From an uncultured delta proteobacterium (GTDB taxonomy: Bacteria > Desulfobacterota > Desulfobacteria > Desulfobacterales > SpSt-501): a DNA stretch of 64,000 nt. This document shows, piece by piece, positions 19,378-29,535 of the stretch. Below the pieces are notes generated by a model. That model was not told where the DNA came from. It searched no databases and saw only the letters and a list, made by a program, of their open reading frames with translations. Each line of letters starts with the position of its first letter. Position 1 is the first letter of the stretch. The DNA lies in assembly GCA_963716785.1 (NCBI GenBank), contig CAVQUW010000019.1, positions 82,837 to 146,836 of the forward strand, read 5' to 3'. The translations under genes were made by a program, and so were the position numbers.

Positions 19378-21282
19378 CTATGCCGCCGGCCGCAGCTCCT
19401 CGATCTTGAGCCGCGCGAGCAGCCCGGCCGTGGGCACCCCGTTTTCGTCCCACTCGTGCAGCCGGTAGTACTCGTTGATCATGGCCGTGAACTTCTCGCG
19501 GTCGATCGACTTGCCCCGCGCCACCGGCAGACCGAGCTTGGTGGGCTCGTCGAAGTAACGGTCGGGCAACCAGTCGTCCTTGCGGGTCAAGCCCTCGCGC
19601 AGGTTGAACAGCCGCTCGATGGTGTACCCCCGGTTGGCCACGTCCCAGATATCCTTCTCGGTAAACTCGAGCCCCGTGTTGAGCCGGATGAGCTTGGTGA
19701 ACTCCTTGAACTGCGGGTGGTTGGGGCTCAGGAAGACGGTGTGGTACTTGCAGATGCCGAGACAGTCGACCGCCATGTAGACCAGCTCCTGCCACATCAC
19801 CATGCGCGGCTTGCCCTCGTACTCCGAGTAGTTGTTGGTCAGCGGCCCCTCGTAGCCGTCCGGGTTGCGGTAGACCTTCTCGACCACCTTCATGGGCAGG
19901 TTGTAGAGGTCGATGGCCGGCCGCCCCCGCAGGTGGTCCGAGCCCCGGGAGGAGACGGCGATGTTGAGCGCCAGCGCCGGTGTGGCGCGCTCGTCGGAGT
20001 GCAGGTTGCTCATGCCCTTGACGTGGATGAGGTACTTCAGGCTCTCGGGCCCGAGCTTGCGGGCCGCCGGCAGCGGCCCCTCGGCCAGGACGTCGCCCAG
20101 ATCCTTGCGGAAGGCGATGCGCTTGACCATCTCGATCACGGCCTCGTCGCTGCCCCACTCGAGTTTCAGGCCGTCCGTGTCCTTCTCGGTGATGAGGCCT
20201 TTCTCATAAAGCTCCATGGCCCAGGCGATCATGCTGCCGACCTCGAGCGTGTCCATGCCGTAGTCGTTCACGAGGTGGTTGCCGACCAGCACCGTGTTCA
20301 TGCTGCGGCAGCCGACCTCGGCCCCGAAGGCGCCCTGGCTGGTGTACTCCGGTCCCTGGGCGTAGGTGCCCGCGTAGGGGCCCTCCTGGATCACGTAGCG
20401 GTGGCGGCAGTGGACCTGGCAGCCGAAGCAGCCGTCGAGACCGATCGAGTACTTGTCGAGGTTCTCGCACTCGATGTCCTCGCTGTTCGGCAGCTGGTTG
20501 TACTGGAAGTTGCGGCAGCGCACCAGCCCGGTCGTGTTGGTGACCCCGTAGATGAAGCCCGTGCCCCAGCGCTGCATGATCTGGGAGACCTTGGTCGAGA
20601 TGACTTGGTCGATGATCTCCTTGTTGTACTCGAGCGCCTCTTCGGGGTGCCGGATCTGGATGCTCGTGGTGCCGCGGCAGGCGACCGCCTTGAGGTTCTT
20701 CGAGCCCATGACGGCCCCCATGCCGGTGCGGCCGGCGGCGTTCTTGCGGCCGGTCATGACGCAGGCGAAGCGCACCAGGTTCTCACCGGCCTGGCCGATG
20801 CACAGCACCTGGGCCTCCAGGTCCTCGAGCTCGCCGCGGATGATCTCCTGGGTGTCGTAGACGCCCGCGCCCCAGGCGTTTTCGGCGCTGCGGATCTCGA
20901 TCTCGCCGTCGTGGATGTAGAGATAGACCGGCTTTTCGGCGCGGCCGCGGATCACGAGGTGATCGAACCCGGCCCAGCGCATCTCCGGCCCGAAAAATCC
21001 ACCCATGTTGGCCGAACCGAGCAGGTTGGTCAGCGGCGACTTGGCCATCACGTGGGTGCGGGCCGAGGCCGAGGCCATGGTGCCGACCAGAAGCCCGGCG
21101 CTGATCAGAAGCGTGTTCTCGGGCCCGAGGGGGTCGGCGCCCGGTGGGCAGTGTTTGTAGAGCAGGTAGGCATCGAGCCCGCGGCCGCCGATGAACTTGC
21201 GCCGCCACTCGAGCGGGATGGGCTCGGTCTTCACTTCACCCGAACTCAGATCGATGTAGGCAATCTTGCGATTGAGTGCCAT
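19378..21282 (-). CDS. aor: Tungsten-dependent aldehyde:ferredoxin oxidoreductase family catalytic subunit
   Basis: AKSPLT, IGQAGENLVRFA, AAGRTGMGAVMGSKNLKA, CFGCQVHC, GPEYT, DYGMDT, SSRGSDHL, DCLGIC, ERLFNLREG, DWLPDR. Confidence 0.93.
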   Translation of the reverse strand: MALNRKIAYIDLSSGEVKTEPIPLEWRRKFIGGRGLDAYLLYKHCPPGADPLGPENTLLISAGLLVGTMASASARTHVMAKSPLTNLLGSANMGGFFGPEMRWAGFDHLVIRGRAEKPVYLYIHDGEIEIRSAENAWGAGVYDTQEIIRGELEDLEAQVLCIGQAGENLVRFACVMTGRKNAAGRTGMGAVMGSKNLKAVACRGTTSIQIRHPEEALEYNKEIIDQVISTKVSQIMQRWGTGFIYGVTNTTGLVRCRNFQYNQLPNSEDIECENLDKYSIGLDGCFGCQVHCRHRYVIQEGPYAGTYAQGPEYTSQGAFGAEVGCRSMNTVLVGNHLVNDYGMDTLEVGSMIAWAMELYEKGLITEKDTDGLKLEWGSDEAVIEMVKRIAFRKDLGDVLAEGPLPAARKLGPESLKYLIHVKGMSNLHSDERATPALALNIAVSSRGSDHLRGRPAIDLYNLPMKVVEKVYRNPDGYEGPLTNNYSEYEGKPRMVMWQELVYMAVDCLGICKYHTVFLSPNHPQFKEFTKLIRLNTGLEFTEKDIWDVANRGYTIERLFNLREGLTRKDDWLPDRYFDEPTKLGLPVARGKSIDREKFTAMINEYYRLHEWDENGVPTAGLLARLKIEELRPAA

Positions 21283-21392
21283 GGGTTGCTCCTTTCAAAA
21301 TGGCGGGGCCGCAGACAACCCCTGCGGCTGGCCCCATCTTCCATCTTCCAAAGTAAGAATTCCGCCTTCCGAATTCCGAACTCCGAATTCGG

Positions 21393-21605
21393 TCAGATCT
21401 TCTCGTCGATGCCGAGCGGGTAGTTCTCCCACACCGGTCCGCGCAGCTTGGCGGTCTTGGGATAGGGCCAGGAGAGCCGCCACTCGATGCCGCACTCGGG
21501 GCACTTGCAGCGCTCGGCACCGAGAGTGGGCCTGAAACGGGCAAAACAGGTCAGACAGCGCACCTCGCCGTCACGCGGGCCTTCCATGACCTTGCTGGTT
21601 TTCAT
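21393..21605 (-). CDS. 70-aa zinc-ribbon-like small protein leading the AOR operon
   Basis: CLTC...CPECG Cys pairs; strong RBS GGAGGTG before MKTSKV. Confidence 0.7.
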   Translation of the reverse strand: MKTSKVMEGPRDGEVRCLTCFARFRPTLGAERCKCPECGIEWRLSWPYPKTAKLRGPVWENYPLGIDEKI

Positions 21606-21638
21606 CGGGGCACCTCCAGGGCAGAGCCATTCGATAGA

Positions 21639-21654
21639 ATTCATTGTAGTGAAC
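21639..21654. promoter_or_regulatory. Putative IclR operator at the AOR operon promoter
   Basis: ATTCATTGTAGTGAAC, 13/16 match to the perfect palindrome at 21777. Confidence 0.55.
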
Positions 21655-21745
21655 CAATTGCGACCACAGGTTATCATATCAAACGATGGTGTCAAGCTTT
21701 TTTTCCTGTTTTAATGGTCCAGCATTGACATCCATCCTTTTTTGC

Positions 21746-21792
21746 TTGACAGGGTCAAGATGGGAATATACTATTCGTTCACTATAGTGAAC
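21746..21792 (+). promoter_or_regulatory. Sigma70-like promoter with IclR operator for the iclR gene
   Basis: TTGACA-17-TACTAT followed by the perfect palindrome GTTCACTATAGTGAAC (21777-21792). Confidence 0.6.
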
Positions 21793-21815
21793 AAACATCC
21801 AACACTGAGCCGACC

Positions 21816-22598
21816 ATGAAATCAGAAAGGACAGTCCCCGCCGGCTACCAGGCACCCGCCGTCCAAAGGGCCTTCGACATCCTAAAAACCGTGGCCGAGT
21901 CCCGCAGCGAGCTCACCCTGAGCGATATCGCCCAGAGGCTCGGCTTCAGCAAAAGCACCGCCCACGGGTTGATTCAAGCCCTGCTCGCCATCGGCGCCCT
22001 CGACCACGGCCCCCGGGGCAAGAAGCTCTTTCTCGGCCCGGCCGTGGTCGAACTCGCCTTCCGCAGCTGGAACTATTTCCGCGTGGCCGAGCATGCCCAG
22101 CCGATTCTGGAGGAGTTGCGGGACCGCATCGGCGAAACCGTCTTCCTCGGGGTGCTGAGCCGCTCCCGGGGTCTGATCATGGCGACGGCCGAGTCCTCCA
22201 AGCCCCTCAAGATCTCCTCGCCCCCGGGCACCTCGATCCCGCTTTTGGCCGGCGCCGTCGGCAAGGTGTTCCTGGCCCAGCAGCCCGAGGCGGACGTGCG
22301 CGCGATCATCCGCGAACAGGGCCTGCCGCGCTTCACGACACGCTCCATCGTGAGCGCCGAGAAATACCTGGAGGAACTCGAGGAGGTCCGCCGCAAAGGG
22401 TATGCCGTGGACGAGGAGGAATACCTGCCGGGTGTCAAGGCGCTCGCGGTCGCCGTGGGCAACCAGCGCGGCCTGCCGCTCGCCATCTGGGTGGTGGGGT
22501 TCGTCGACACGCTCAGTGCGGAGGCGCACCCCCGGATCGCGGAGGAGACCCGCGCCGCTGCGGGCAAGCTGAATGAGGCGCTGAACAGCCGACCCTGA
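21816..22598 (+). CDS. IclR family regulator, divergent from the AOR operon
   Basis: AVQRAFDIL, LSDIAQRLGFSKSTAHGLI HTH; GAVGKVFLA; RRKGYAVDEEEYLPGVKALAV. Confidence 0.93.
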   Translation: MKSERTVPAGYQAPAVQRAFDILKTVAESRSELTLSDIAQRLGFSKSTAHGLIQALLAIGALDHGPRGKKLFLGPAVVELAFRSWNYFRVAEHAQPILEELRDRIGETVFLGVLSRSRGLIMATAESSKPLKISSPPGTSIPLLAGAVGKVFLAQQPEADVRAIIREQGLPRFTTRSIVSAEKYLEELEEVRRKGYAVDEEEYLPGVKALAVAVGNQRGLPLAIWVVGFVDTLSAEAHPRIAEETRAAAGKLNEALNSRP

Positions 22599-22715
22599 CG
22601 CATATTTTTGATTGCCGCGATGGCGCGGGCGGCGCAGGCGGCCCTGCAGGTCGCGGGCTTGTCACGCCCGAGCGCCGCGCTTATTATCAAAACGGCAGCC
22701 AAACAGGCAAAGGTC

Positions 22716-22789
22716 GTCATGCCGGACTTGATCCGGCATTCACACTCGGCCTGGATTCCTCCCGGACTTGAACCGGGACCCGCCGGAAT
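22716..22789. repeat. REP-like element (family C core)
   Basis: GTCATGCCGGACTTGATCCGGCAT hairpin plus GGATTCCTCCCGGACTTGAaCCGGGAcCCGCCGGAAT, near-identical to 17869-17905. Confidence 0.65.
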
Positions 22790-22929
22790 ATCGGCATATT
22801 CAATTGTCGCAGCAATAACTTGAAGGCATCCGAGAAGGAAGAATCTTGACAAAGCAAGTCAGGGCGTGAGGCGCCATTCTGTCGACATTGCAGCGACGGT
22901 TTCAGAGGTCGTGGCGACCAGCGGTAAAA

Positions 22930-22953
22930 ATCGCGGCAGGATGCCGCTCCCAC
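22930..22953 (-). repeat. REP-like element (family A)
   Basis: Reverse complement is GTGGGAGCGGCATCCTGCCGCGAT. Confidence 0.6.
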
Positions 22954-23000
22954 AAGGAAAAAAGGCAGCTTCACCGACAGTCATACAGGAGGGCCGCTGC

Positions 23001-24404
23001 GTGCAGCAGACAGTCGAAAAACCGGCCGGCACCCTCACCGGCAGGCTCAAAGAGTGGTTCCGCACCGGCCTTTGGGGGGTGAGCCTCGAAGGCCGGCCGG
23101 CCTGGAAGCGACTGCCGCTGCGGGCGCTGCGCCTGCTGACGGTGGCCGTGACCGAGTTTTTCGACGACCAGTGCCTGCTGCACGCCTCGGCCCTCACGTT
23201 TTTCACGCTGCTCTCCATCGTTCCGGTCTTTGCCGTGGTCTTCGGGATCGCACAGGGGTTCGGCCTGGAGAAGATGCTGGAAGCCCAGCTGATGGAACGG
23301 CTGGCCGGCCAGGAGCAGGTGTTGGAGCGCATCCTGGTCTTCGCCCGCAACATGCTCCAGAACACCCGCGGCGGTTTGATGGCCGGCATCGGCGTCGTGC
23401 TCATGTTCTGGTCGGCGGTCAAGGTCCTGGGCCACATGGAATCCTCGCTCAACGCCATGTGGGGGGTCGCGAACCAGAGATCATGGCACCGGCGCATGAG
23501 CACTTACCTGGCAGTCATGATCGTCGGCCCGGCGCTGCTGCTCGCCGCCGGCGGGGCGAGCGTGTTCGTCCGCACGCAGCTCGACGCCATGTCCGGGCAA
23601 TTCGGCGGCTTGCTGACGGCGATGGACCTGGTGATATTTCAGGCGCTGAGACTGGGGCCGCTGGTCGTGGTCTGGGCGCTCTTCGCCCTGATCTACAAGT
23701 TCATGCCGAACACGCACGTGACGGGCCGGGCCGCCTTGCTTGGAGGGATCGTCGCCGGCACCCTGTATCAGATCGCGCAGTACCTGTACATCGGCTTCCA
23801 GGTCGGGGTGGCCCGATACAATGCCATCTACGGGAGTTTCGCCGCCCTGCCGCTTTTTTTCGGGTGGATCCAGATCAGCTGGGTCCTGGTTCTGTTCGGG
23901 GCCGAGTTGAGCTATGCCGCCCAACACGCCGACGGCTACTGCCAGGCGACCGACTGCTCGAATATCCGCCCGCGGGACCGCCGGCTTTTCAGCTTGCGGA
24001 TCGCCCGTCTTGCGGCCTGCCGCTTCGCCGACGGCGGCCGCCCGCTGACGGCCGAGCAGATGGCCCGCCGCCTGAAGCTGCCGATCCGCCTGGTGCAGGA
24101 ACTGGCCGCGGACCTGCGGGACAGCGGGATCCTCACCGAAACCCGGCTGCCGGGCGACAAGCCCCCCGCCTTCCAGCCCGCCTTCGACATCCGCCGGCTG
24201 ACCGTGCACCGGGTGCTGGCGGCGCTTGACGCGCAGGGCGGGACCGGGAGTTCCCTCCCCGCCGGTGCGGACGCAACCGGGCCCCTGGCGCAGGCGCTGC
24301 AGGAAATGGACGCGGCCGCCGCCGCCTCTCCGACCAACCGGCTCCTGATCGATCTGGCGGAAGACTCGGGCGACCGCGAAGATCGAAGCGCGGCCCCTGC
24401 CTGA
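23001..24404 (+). CDS. YihY/BrkB family inner-membrane protein with C-terminal wHTH-like extension
   Basis: ASALTFFTLLSIVP, YKFMPNT, YNAIYGSFAALP, LFGAELS; GTG start after AGGAGG. Confidence 0.88.
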   Translation: MQQTVEKPAGTLTGRLKEWFRTGLWGVSLEGRPAWKRLPLRALRLLTVAVTEFFDDQCLLHASALTFFTLLSIVPVFAVVFGIAQGFGLEKMLEAQLMERLAGQEQVLERILVFARNMLQNTRGGLMAGIGVVLMFWSAVKVLGHMESSLNAMWGVANQRSWHRRMSTYLAVMIVGPALLLAAGGASVFVRTQLDAMSGQFGGLLTAMDLVIFQALRLGPLVVVWALFALIYKFMPNTHVTGRAALLGGIVAGTLYQIAQYLYIGFQVGVARYNAIYGSFAALPLFFGWIQISWVLVLFGAELSYAAQHADGYCQATDCSNIRPRDRRLFSLRIARLAACRFADGGRPLTAEQMARRLKLPIRLVQELAADLRDSGILTETRLPGDKPPAFQPAFDIRRLTVHRVLAALDAQGGTGSSLPAGADATGPLAQALQEMDAAAAASPTNRLLIDLAEDSGDREDRSAAPA

Positions 24405-24503
24405 AACCTCTCCCGCCATGCCGTCGGTTCATTGCCGACAAGGGGGATATGCGCGCCACCCCCCGACCCCGGCAACTCTGCGCGATTTTTCCTGAAAATG
24501 GTT

Positions 24504-24622
24504 TTGAATCTCCCCGCAGCAAGCGGCGCGGAATCTTCGACCGTAAGGAATGGTGTCGTTTTTGGATTCGCTCGCTAACCCCGCCGCAAGCGGCGGGGAA
24601 TGCGCTCGCTTTTGCGGTTCAA
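24504..24622. repeat. MITE/REP-like element (family B, full length)
   Basis: TTGAA...TTCAA ends with two internal CCCCGCnGCAAGCGGCGnGGAAT hairpins; shorter relatives at about 18349 and 51681. Confidence 0.65.
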
Positions 24623-24801
24623 TTTTTCCCCGATCCTTGCTATCATATTCTTTAGACAGACTAGATAGTCTGAGCGGTGCGCGCCGCCCCCCCCGACGTT
24701 GCCGCTGCCCGTTCACCCAAGCATCCGCGGGGAAGAGACATGGCCTTCGACACTGGGGGGGTGGTGCTGCCCTCCGAAGGCATGTGCCGAGGAGCCTCAG
24801 A

Positions 24802-26529
24802 ATGAAGCATACCCTGTCCGAAGACCACCCCCGAAGCGGGCGCTCGGCTCCGCCCCGTGCCTGCGACCCCACCGAAGTTTCAGACCTCCGGACCGGGAAA
24901 GCCCTGGAGGCTCGGCTCGAGATGCTGGAGAGCATCGTCGCCAGCTCCTTCGACGCGATTGTGGCAGTCAACCAGGAGCGCGTGATCACCTTTTGCAACC
25001 CCGCCTTCACCGAGTTGTTCGGTTACGCGGCCGAGGAGGTCGTCGGCCATTCGGCCAGGATGCTCCACGCGAGCGATGAGGTATTCGACGAGTTCGGACG
25101 GACGGTCTTTCGAATCATCCAGGAAAAGGGTCGCTGGCGAGGGGAGTGGACCTACCGGCGCAAGGACGGCTCCGCCGTGCACACGGAGACCACGTATGCA
25201 GAGCGCCTCACCGGCCGGGAAGAACCTCCGGGGTTCATCGCCGTGATGCGCGATGTCGGCGACCGGAAGCGCGGCGAAAAAGCGCTTTTCGCGAGCGAGG
25301 CGCGCTTCCGCGAGCTCTTCGAGCACATGAGCAGCGGGGTCGCCGTTTACGAGGCGCTCGACTCCGGCGCGGATTTCGTCTTCCGGGATTTCAACCGCGC
25401 GGCGGAGCAAAGCGAGAAGATCGACCGCCGGGAGGTCATCGGCCGCCGCGCCGCCGAGGTATTTCCCGGAATCGAGGACTTCGGGCTCCTGCAGGTCATG
25501 CGTCGGGTCTGGGAGACGGGGGAGCCCCAACGCTTTCCGGTCACCTTCTATCGCGACGACCGGATCGAGGGGTGGCGCGAGAACTATGTCTACAAGCTGC
25601 CGACCGGGGAGATCGTCGCCATCTACGACGACATCACCGAAAGAAAAAAAGCCGAAGAGGCCCTGATCGAGAGCGAGGAGCGGCTGCAGGCCATCCTGAG
25701 CGCCACCCAGGTGGGGATCGTCATCATCGACCCCGAGGACCACACCATCGTGGACGCGAACCCCATGGCGATCGACATCATCGGTTTGCCGCGCGAAGAG
25801 ATCGCCGGCCAGATCTGCCACCGGTTCATCTGCCCCGCTGAACGGGGCCGGTGCCCGGTCACGGACCTGGGGCAGGCCGTCGACGGGAAGGACCGTGAGT
25901 TGATCCGCGGCGACGGCACGCGCGTACCGATCCTGAAAACCGTCACCCAGGTGATGATCAACGGCCGGAACCACCTGGTGGAGAGCTTCCTCGACATCAC
26001 GGAGCTCAAGCGCATGGAGGAGGAACTGCGCCGTCTGGCCACCACCGACGCGCTGACCGGCATCGCCAACCGACGGCATTTCTTCGAGCTGGCCGAAAAG
26101 GAGCTCGCACGCGCGCTGCGCTACGGGCGCAATATGGCCCTGGTGATGTTCGACATCGACCACTTCAAAAAAATCAATGACCGTCTCGGTCACCCCGCCG
26201 GCGACGCCGTCCTGCAGCGCATCGCCGGCGCGGTTCACACCAGCCTGAGGGCGAACGACCTCTTCGGCCGCATCGGAGGGGAGGAGTTCGCCGTCATCCT
26301 TCCGGAGTGCGACCCGGATCAGGCCGCCCAGACGGCCGAACGGCTGCGCCAAGCCGTCGAGGCCCTGCGCGTGGAACACACGGCGGGCCCCATCGCCTGC
26401 AGCATCAGCGCGGGAATTGCCATGGTCAGAGGCGATGCCGAGACACTCGACAGCCTCATTCAACGGTCCGACGAAGCCCTGTATGCGGCCAAAAACGGGG
26501 GACGCGACCAGGTCTGCATTGCCCCCTGA
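24802..26529 (+). CDS. Diguanylate cyclase with three PAS domains
   Basis: Three PAS repeats; TDALTGIANRR, DIDHFKKIND, RANDLFGRIGGEEF (RxxD I-site plus GGEEF). Confidence 0.93.
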   Translation: MKHTLSEDHPRSGRSAPPRACDPTEVSDLRTGKALEARLEMLESIVASSFDAIVAVNQERVITFCNPAFTELFGYAAEEVVGHSARMLHASDEVFDEFGRTVFRIIQEKGRWRGEWTYRRKDGSAVHTETTYAERLTGREEPPGFIAVMRDVGDRKRGEKALFASEARFRELFEHMSSGVAVYEALDSGADFVFRDFNRAAEQSEKIDRREVIGRRAAEVFPGIEDFGLLQVMRRVWETGEPQRFPVTFYRDDRIEGWRENYVYKLPTGEIVAIYDDITERKKAEEALIESEERLQAILSATQVGIVIIDPEDHTIVDANPMAIDIIGLPREEIAGQICHRFICPAERGRCPVTDLGQAVDGKDRELIRGDGTRVPILKTVTQVMINGRNHLVESFLDITELKRMEEELRRLATTDALTGIANRRHFFELAEKELARALRYGRNMALVMFDIDHFKKINDRLGHPAGDAVLQRIAGAVHTSLRANDLFGRIGGEEFAVILPECDPDQAAQTAERLRQAVEALRVEHTAGPIACSISAGIAMVRGDAETLDSLIQRSDEALYAAKNGGRDQVCIAP

Positions 26530-26654
26530 GAACGGCCCGCAGCGCCGCGCCCGGTCCGGCGGCGGCCGGCCGCCGTCACGCCGGGTCACGCCGGCAATCC
26601 GGCCCCACTGAGCGGCGGGCATCGCGCCCCCTTCCTCCTATCCCGGTCGGCGGG

Positions 26655-26996
26655 TCACTTCGGCGCCCACAGGACCTGCCGCGGCTTGCCCGCCATCTCC
26701 TTGGCCAGCTCCTCCAGAGGCCCGAACCGGATCACGTCCGCCATGCAGTGCTGGGCGCAGGCCGGCTTCAAGCCCTTCTTCGTCCGGTGCCGGCACAGCA
26801 CGCACATTTCGGTCGGAAACGGCAGAAAGGTCAGATAGGGTTTGCCGCCCGGCCGCGGCTGCACGTGCTCGAAGACGTGCATCCCGGACTGGCCGGGCGG
26901 GTGGCGGTGCTCCTGGTTGCAGGCCACCTGGCAGGCGAAGCAGCCGGTGCAGTACTCGTAGTCGATGAGCAGGCCGTAGCGGGTTTTCTCAGGCAT
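26655..26996 (-). CDS. Small Fe-S subunit of the molybdopterin oxidoreductase
   Basis: YGLLIDYEYCTGCFACQVAC, CVLC...PACAQHC; overlaps the large-subunit stop. Confidence 0.85.
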   Translation of the reverse strand: MPEKTRYGLLIDYEYCTGCFACQVACNQEHRHPPGQSGMHVFEHVQPRPGGKPYLTFLPFPTEMCVLCRHRTKKGLKPACAQHCMADVIRFGPLEELAKEMAGKPRQVLWAPK

Positions 26997-29445
26997 GACG
27001 GGTCTCCTCGGGGGCGGCCTTGACCAGGCGGCACATGCTGTGTTTGATCGGCGCCCCCAGCCCGTCCTTGCCCTGCGCGCCCATGGGGATCAGCATGTTG
27101 ATGTTGTGCTCCCAGGTACCGTAGAGCTCCGGCTCGGCGCCCTTCTTTTCCGGGAGCCACCAGGCGTGCGTGGCCATCACCATCCAGGGCGGCACGACCA
27201 GGGTCACCTTGGCCCTGAACCGGGCGCGGCCCATCCAGTTCTCCACCCAGACCCACTCGCCCGTCGCCGATCCCGTGCGCGGCGGCCGTGTCCGGGTGGA
27301 TCTCCACCAGCGGATCCGGCTCGATGGCGCGCAGCCAGGGGATCTGGCGGTGCTCCGAGTGGAAATACGCCGGGGAGCGCCGCCCGGTGGAGAGGATGAG
27401 CGGGTAGTCCTTGAAGAGGTCCGGCCGGCTCACCGGTGTAAAGGGCGGCTCCTCGTGATGGGGCAGCGGCTCGTGGCCCCAGCCCTCACGCAGGGTGGAG
27501 TACAGCTCGAAACAGCCCGGTCGGCGTGTTGAAGCCGGGCCGGCCGTCGGCGCGCAGCAACCCCTTCTCGTGGCGGTGGTACGGGGCGCTGGGGTGCCCC
27601 TCGGGCGGCAGGGCCCACACGCGCTCCTTGAGCTCGGCATAGGTCATCCCCGAGGGCTTGATGATCTCGTCGTAGAGGGCTTCGATGCTCTCCCACTTGA
27701 AATCGGGGTCGAAACGCCGCGACAGCTCGAAGTTGATCTCCACGTCCGGCTTGCAGTCCTCCACCGTGATCGCCTTGTTGATGCTCTGAAGCGGCACCCA
27801 CCAGCTGCGCACACCGTTTTTCTCGAGGAAGGTGGCCGCCGGCAGCACCACGTCCGCGTACTGGGTCGTGGCGTTGTGGAAGCAGGTCCACCGCCAGCGA
27901 TGAACTCGAGCTTGTTCAGGGCGTCGCGCCAGCGCTTGGGGTCCAGGCCGATGCCGCCCAGGAGGTTGCAGGTCTGGACCCAGAGCCCCTTGACGGGGTA
28001 GGGCTTTTCGCTGAAGATCTGATCGAGGGTCGTGTCGGTCTGGGTGCGCCAGATGAAGTTGTTGAACGGGCCGTAGCGCTCGGCCCCGATGCGCGGTGCG
28101 TCCTGGGTCTTGTCCTTGAGCTTGATCACCCCTTCTGCGCCCGGCAGGGCATAGGCCACGGCGTCGAAGGCGCAGCGGGTGAACACGTTGCCGCCCGGCA
28201 CGTCCAGGTTGCCGGTGATGGCCCACAGGGTGGCGATGGCCTGGCACAGCGGGGTGATGGCCGGGGTCATGTCGATCGGCACCCCCCAGTGAATCGAGGC
28301 CGGGGAGCTCTTGGCGTAGAGCCGGGCGGCCGCGCAGCAACGTCCTTGGCGGGAACCCCGGTGATCTTCTCGACCTCCGCGGGCAGGTACTTGTCAAGCT
28401 CCCGGCGCAGGGCGTCCCAGACCGTGGTGCAGGCCGCCCGCGACCCGTCGGCCAGCGCGACATCGAAGACGCCGCTCAAGGCGGGCGCCGCCGGCTCGGC
28501 CGCGTAGGCCACCCGGGTCGCGTCCCAGACGACCGGTGCGTCGGCCTTTTCGTCCCAGGCGATGAAGTTGTCCCCCGAACCGCCGCGGGTCACCTCCGAC
28601 TCGCGCAGGAGCTTGCCCGTGTCCCGGCGCACCAGGTGGCAGGCATTGGTCCAGCGCCTGACCCAGTCGCCCTGGAAGAGGTTTTCGTCGACGACCACCT
28701 TCAGAAAGCCCATGGCCAGGGCCGCGTCCGAGCCGGGGCGCACCGGCAGCCAGTGCTTGGCGCGCGAGGCGAAAAAGGAGAGCCGCGGGTCGATGCAGAT
28801 GATCTGGGTGCCGCGCTTCATCAGATCCACGATCCAGTGGCCGAAGAGGTTGTCCGGGCAGGTGGCCGGGATGTTGTAGCCCCAGATGACCATGCACTCG
28901 GGCACCTTGTAGCGCGGGTCGTCGTAGCGCTTCTTCAGCCACTGGCCCGCGTCGAAGACGCAGTAGTCGCCCTGGACCGTGTCGAGGGCGGCGATGCGCG
29001 GGCTGTAGCAGGCGTTGCCGGAGAGGGCGAACATGACGTTCGGGCTGCCGAAGGCGTAGGCCAGCATGCAGATCCAGGGGCCGATGTCGCGGCCGGTGCC
29101 CATGGAGAAGACCATGGACTCGGGGCCGTGCTCGGCGCGGATCTTTTTCATGCGCCGTTCGATCAGGTCATAGGCCTCTTCCCAGGAGGCCTCGCGCCAC
29201 CGGCCCTCGCCGCGCCGGCCGACCCGCACCAGCGGTTTTCGCAGACGCTGCGGGTGCTCGACGTACTGGGTCATCGCCAGCACCCGCGCGCAGAGGCGCC
29301 CGTGGCTCCAGGGGTGGTCCGGGTCGCCCTCGATCTTGACCAGCTTGCCGTCCTTGATGTGCGCCAGCACCCCGCAGCCGCCATGGCAGCCGGGCCCGGC
29401 CGACCAGGTGGTCGTGCGCACGATGGTGGTTTCCGCTTCGGCCAT
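26989..29445 (-). pseudogene. Bis-MGD molybdopterin oxidoreductase of the acetylene-hydratase/catechol-dehydroxylase-like clade; about 4 frameshifts (probably assembly errors)
   Basis: WSAGPGCHGGCG, GRLC, SWEEA, GTGRD, SGNACYSPR, IDPR, ITGNLDVPGGN, ADVVLPAA, YFHSEHRQIPWLR, EIHPDTA; no Tat signal. Confidence 0.87.
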
Positions 29446-29535
29446 GGTGATTCCCCCGATCTTATCGACCCCGCTCTGCATTGGAAGATGACGGATACAA
29501 CCTGCCGCCCCTTCTACGGCCTTCGGGCGCCTTCG

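Noticed and set aside
19378..21282. Class II benzoyl-CoA reductase BamB
   Set aside because: Motifs are generic AOR-type and no bamCDEFGHI genes are adjacent
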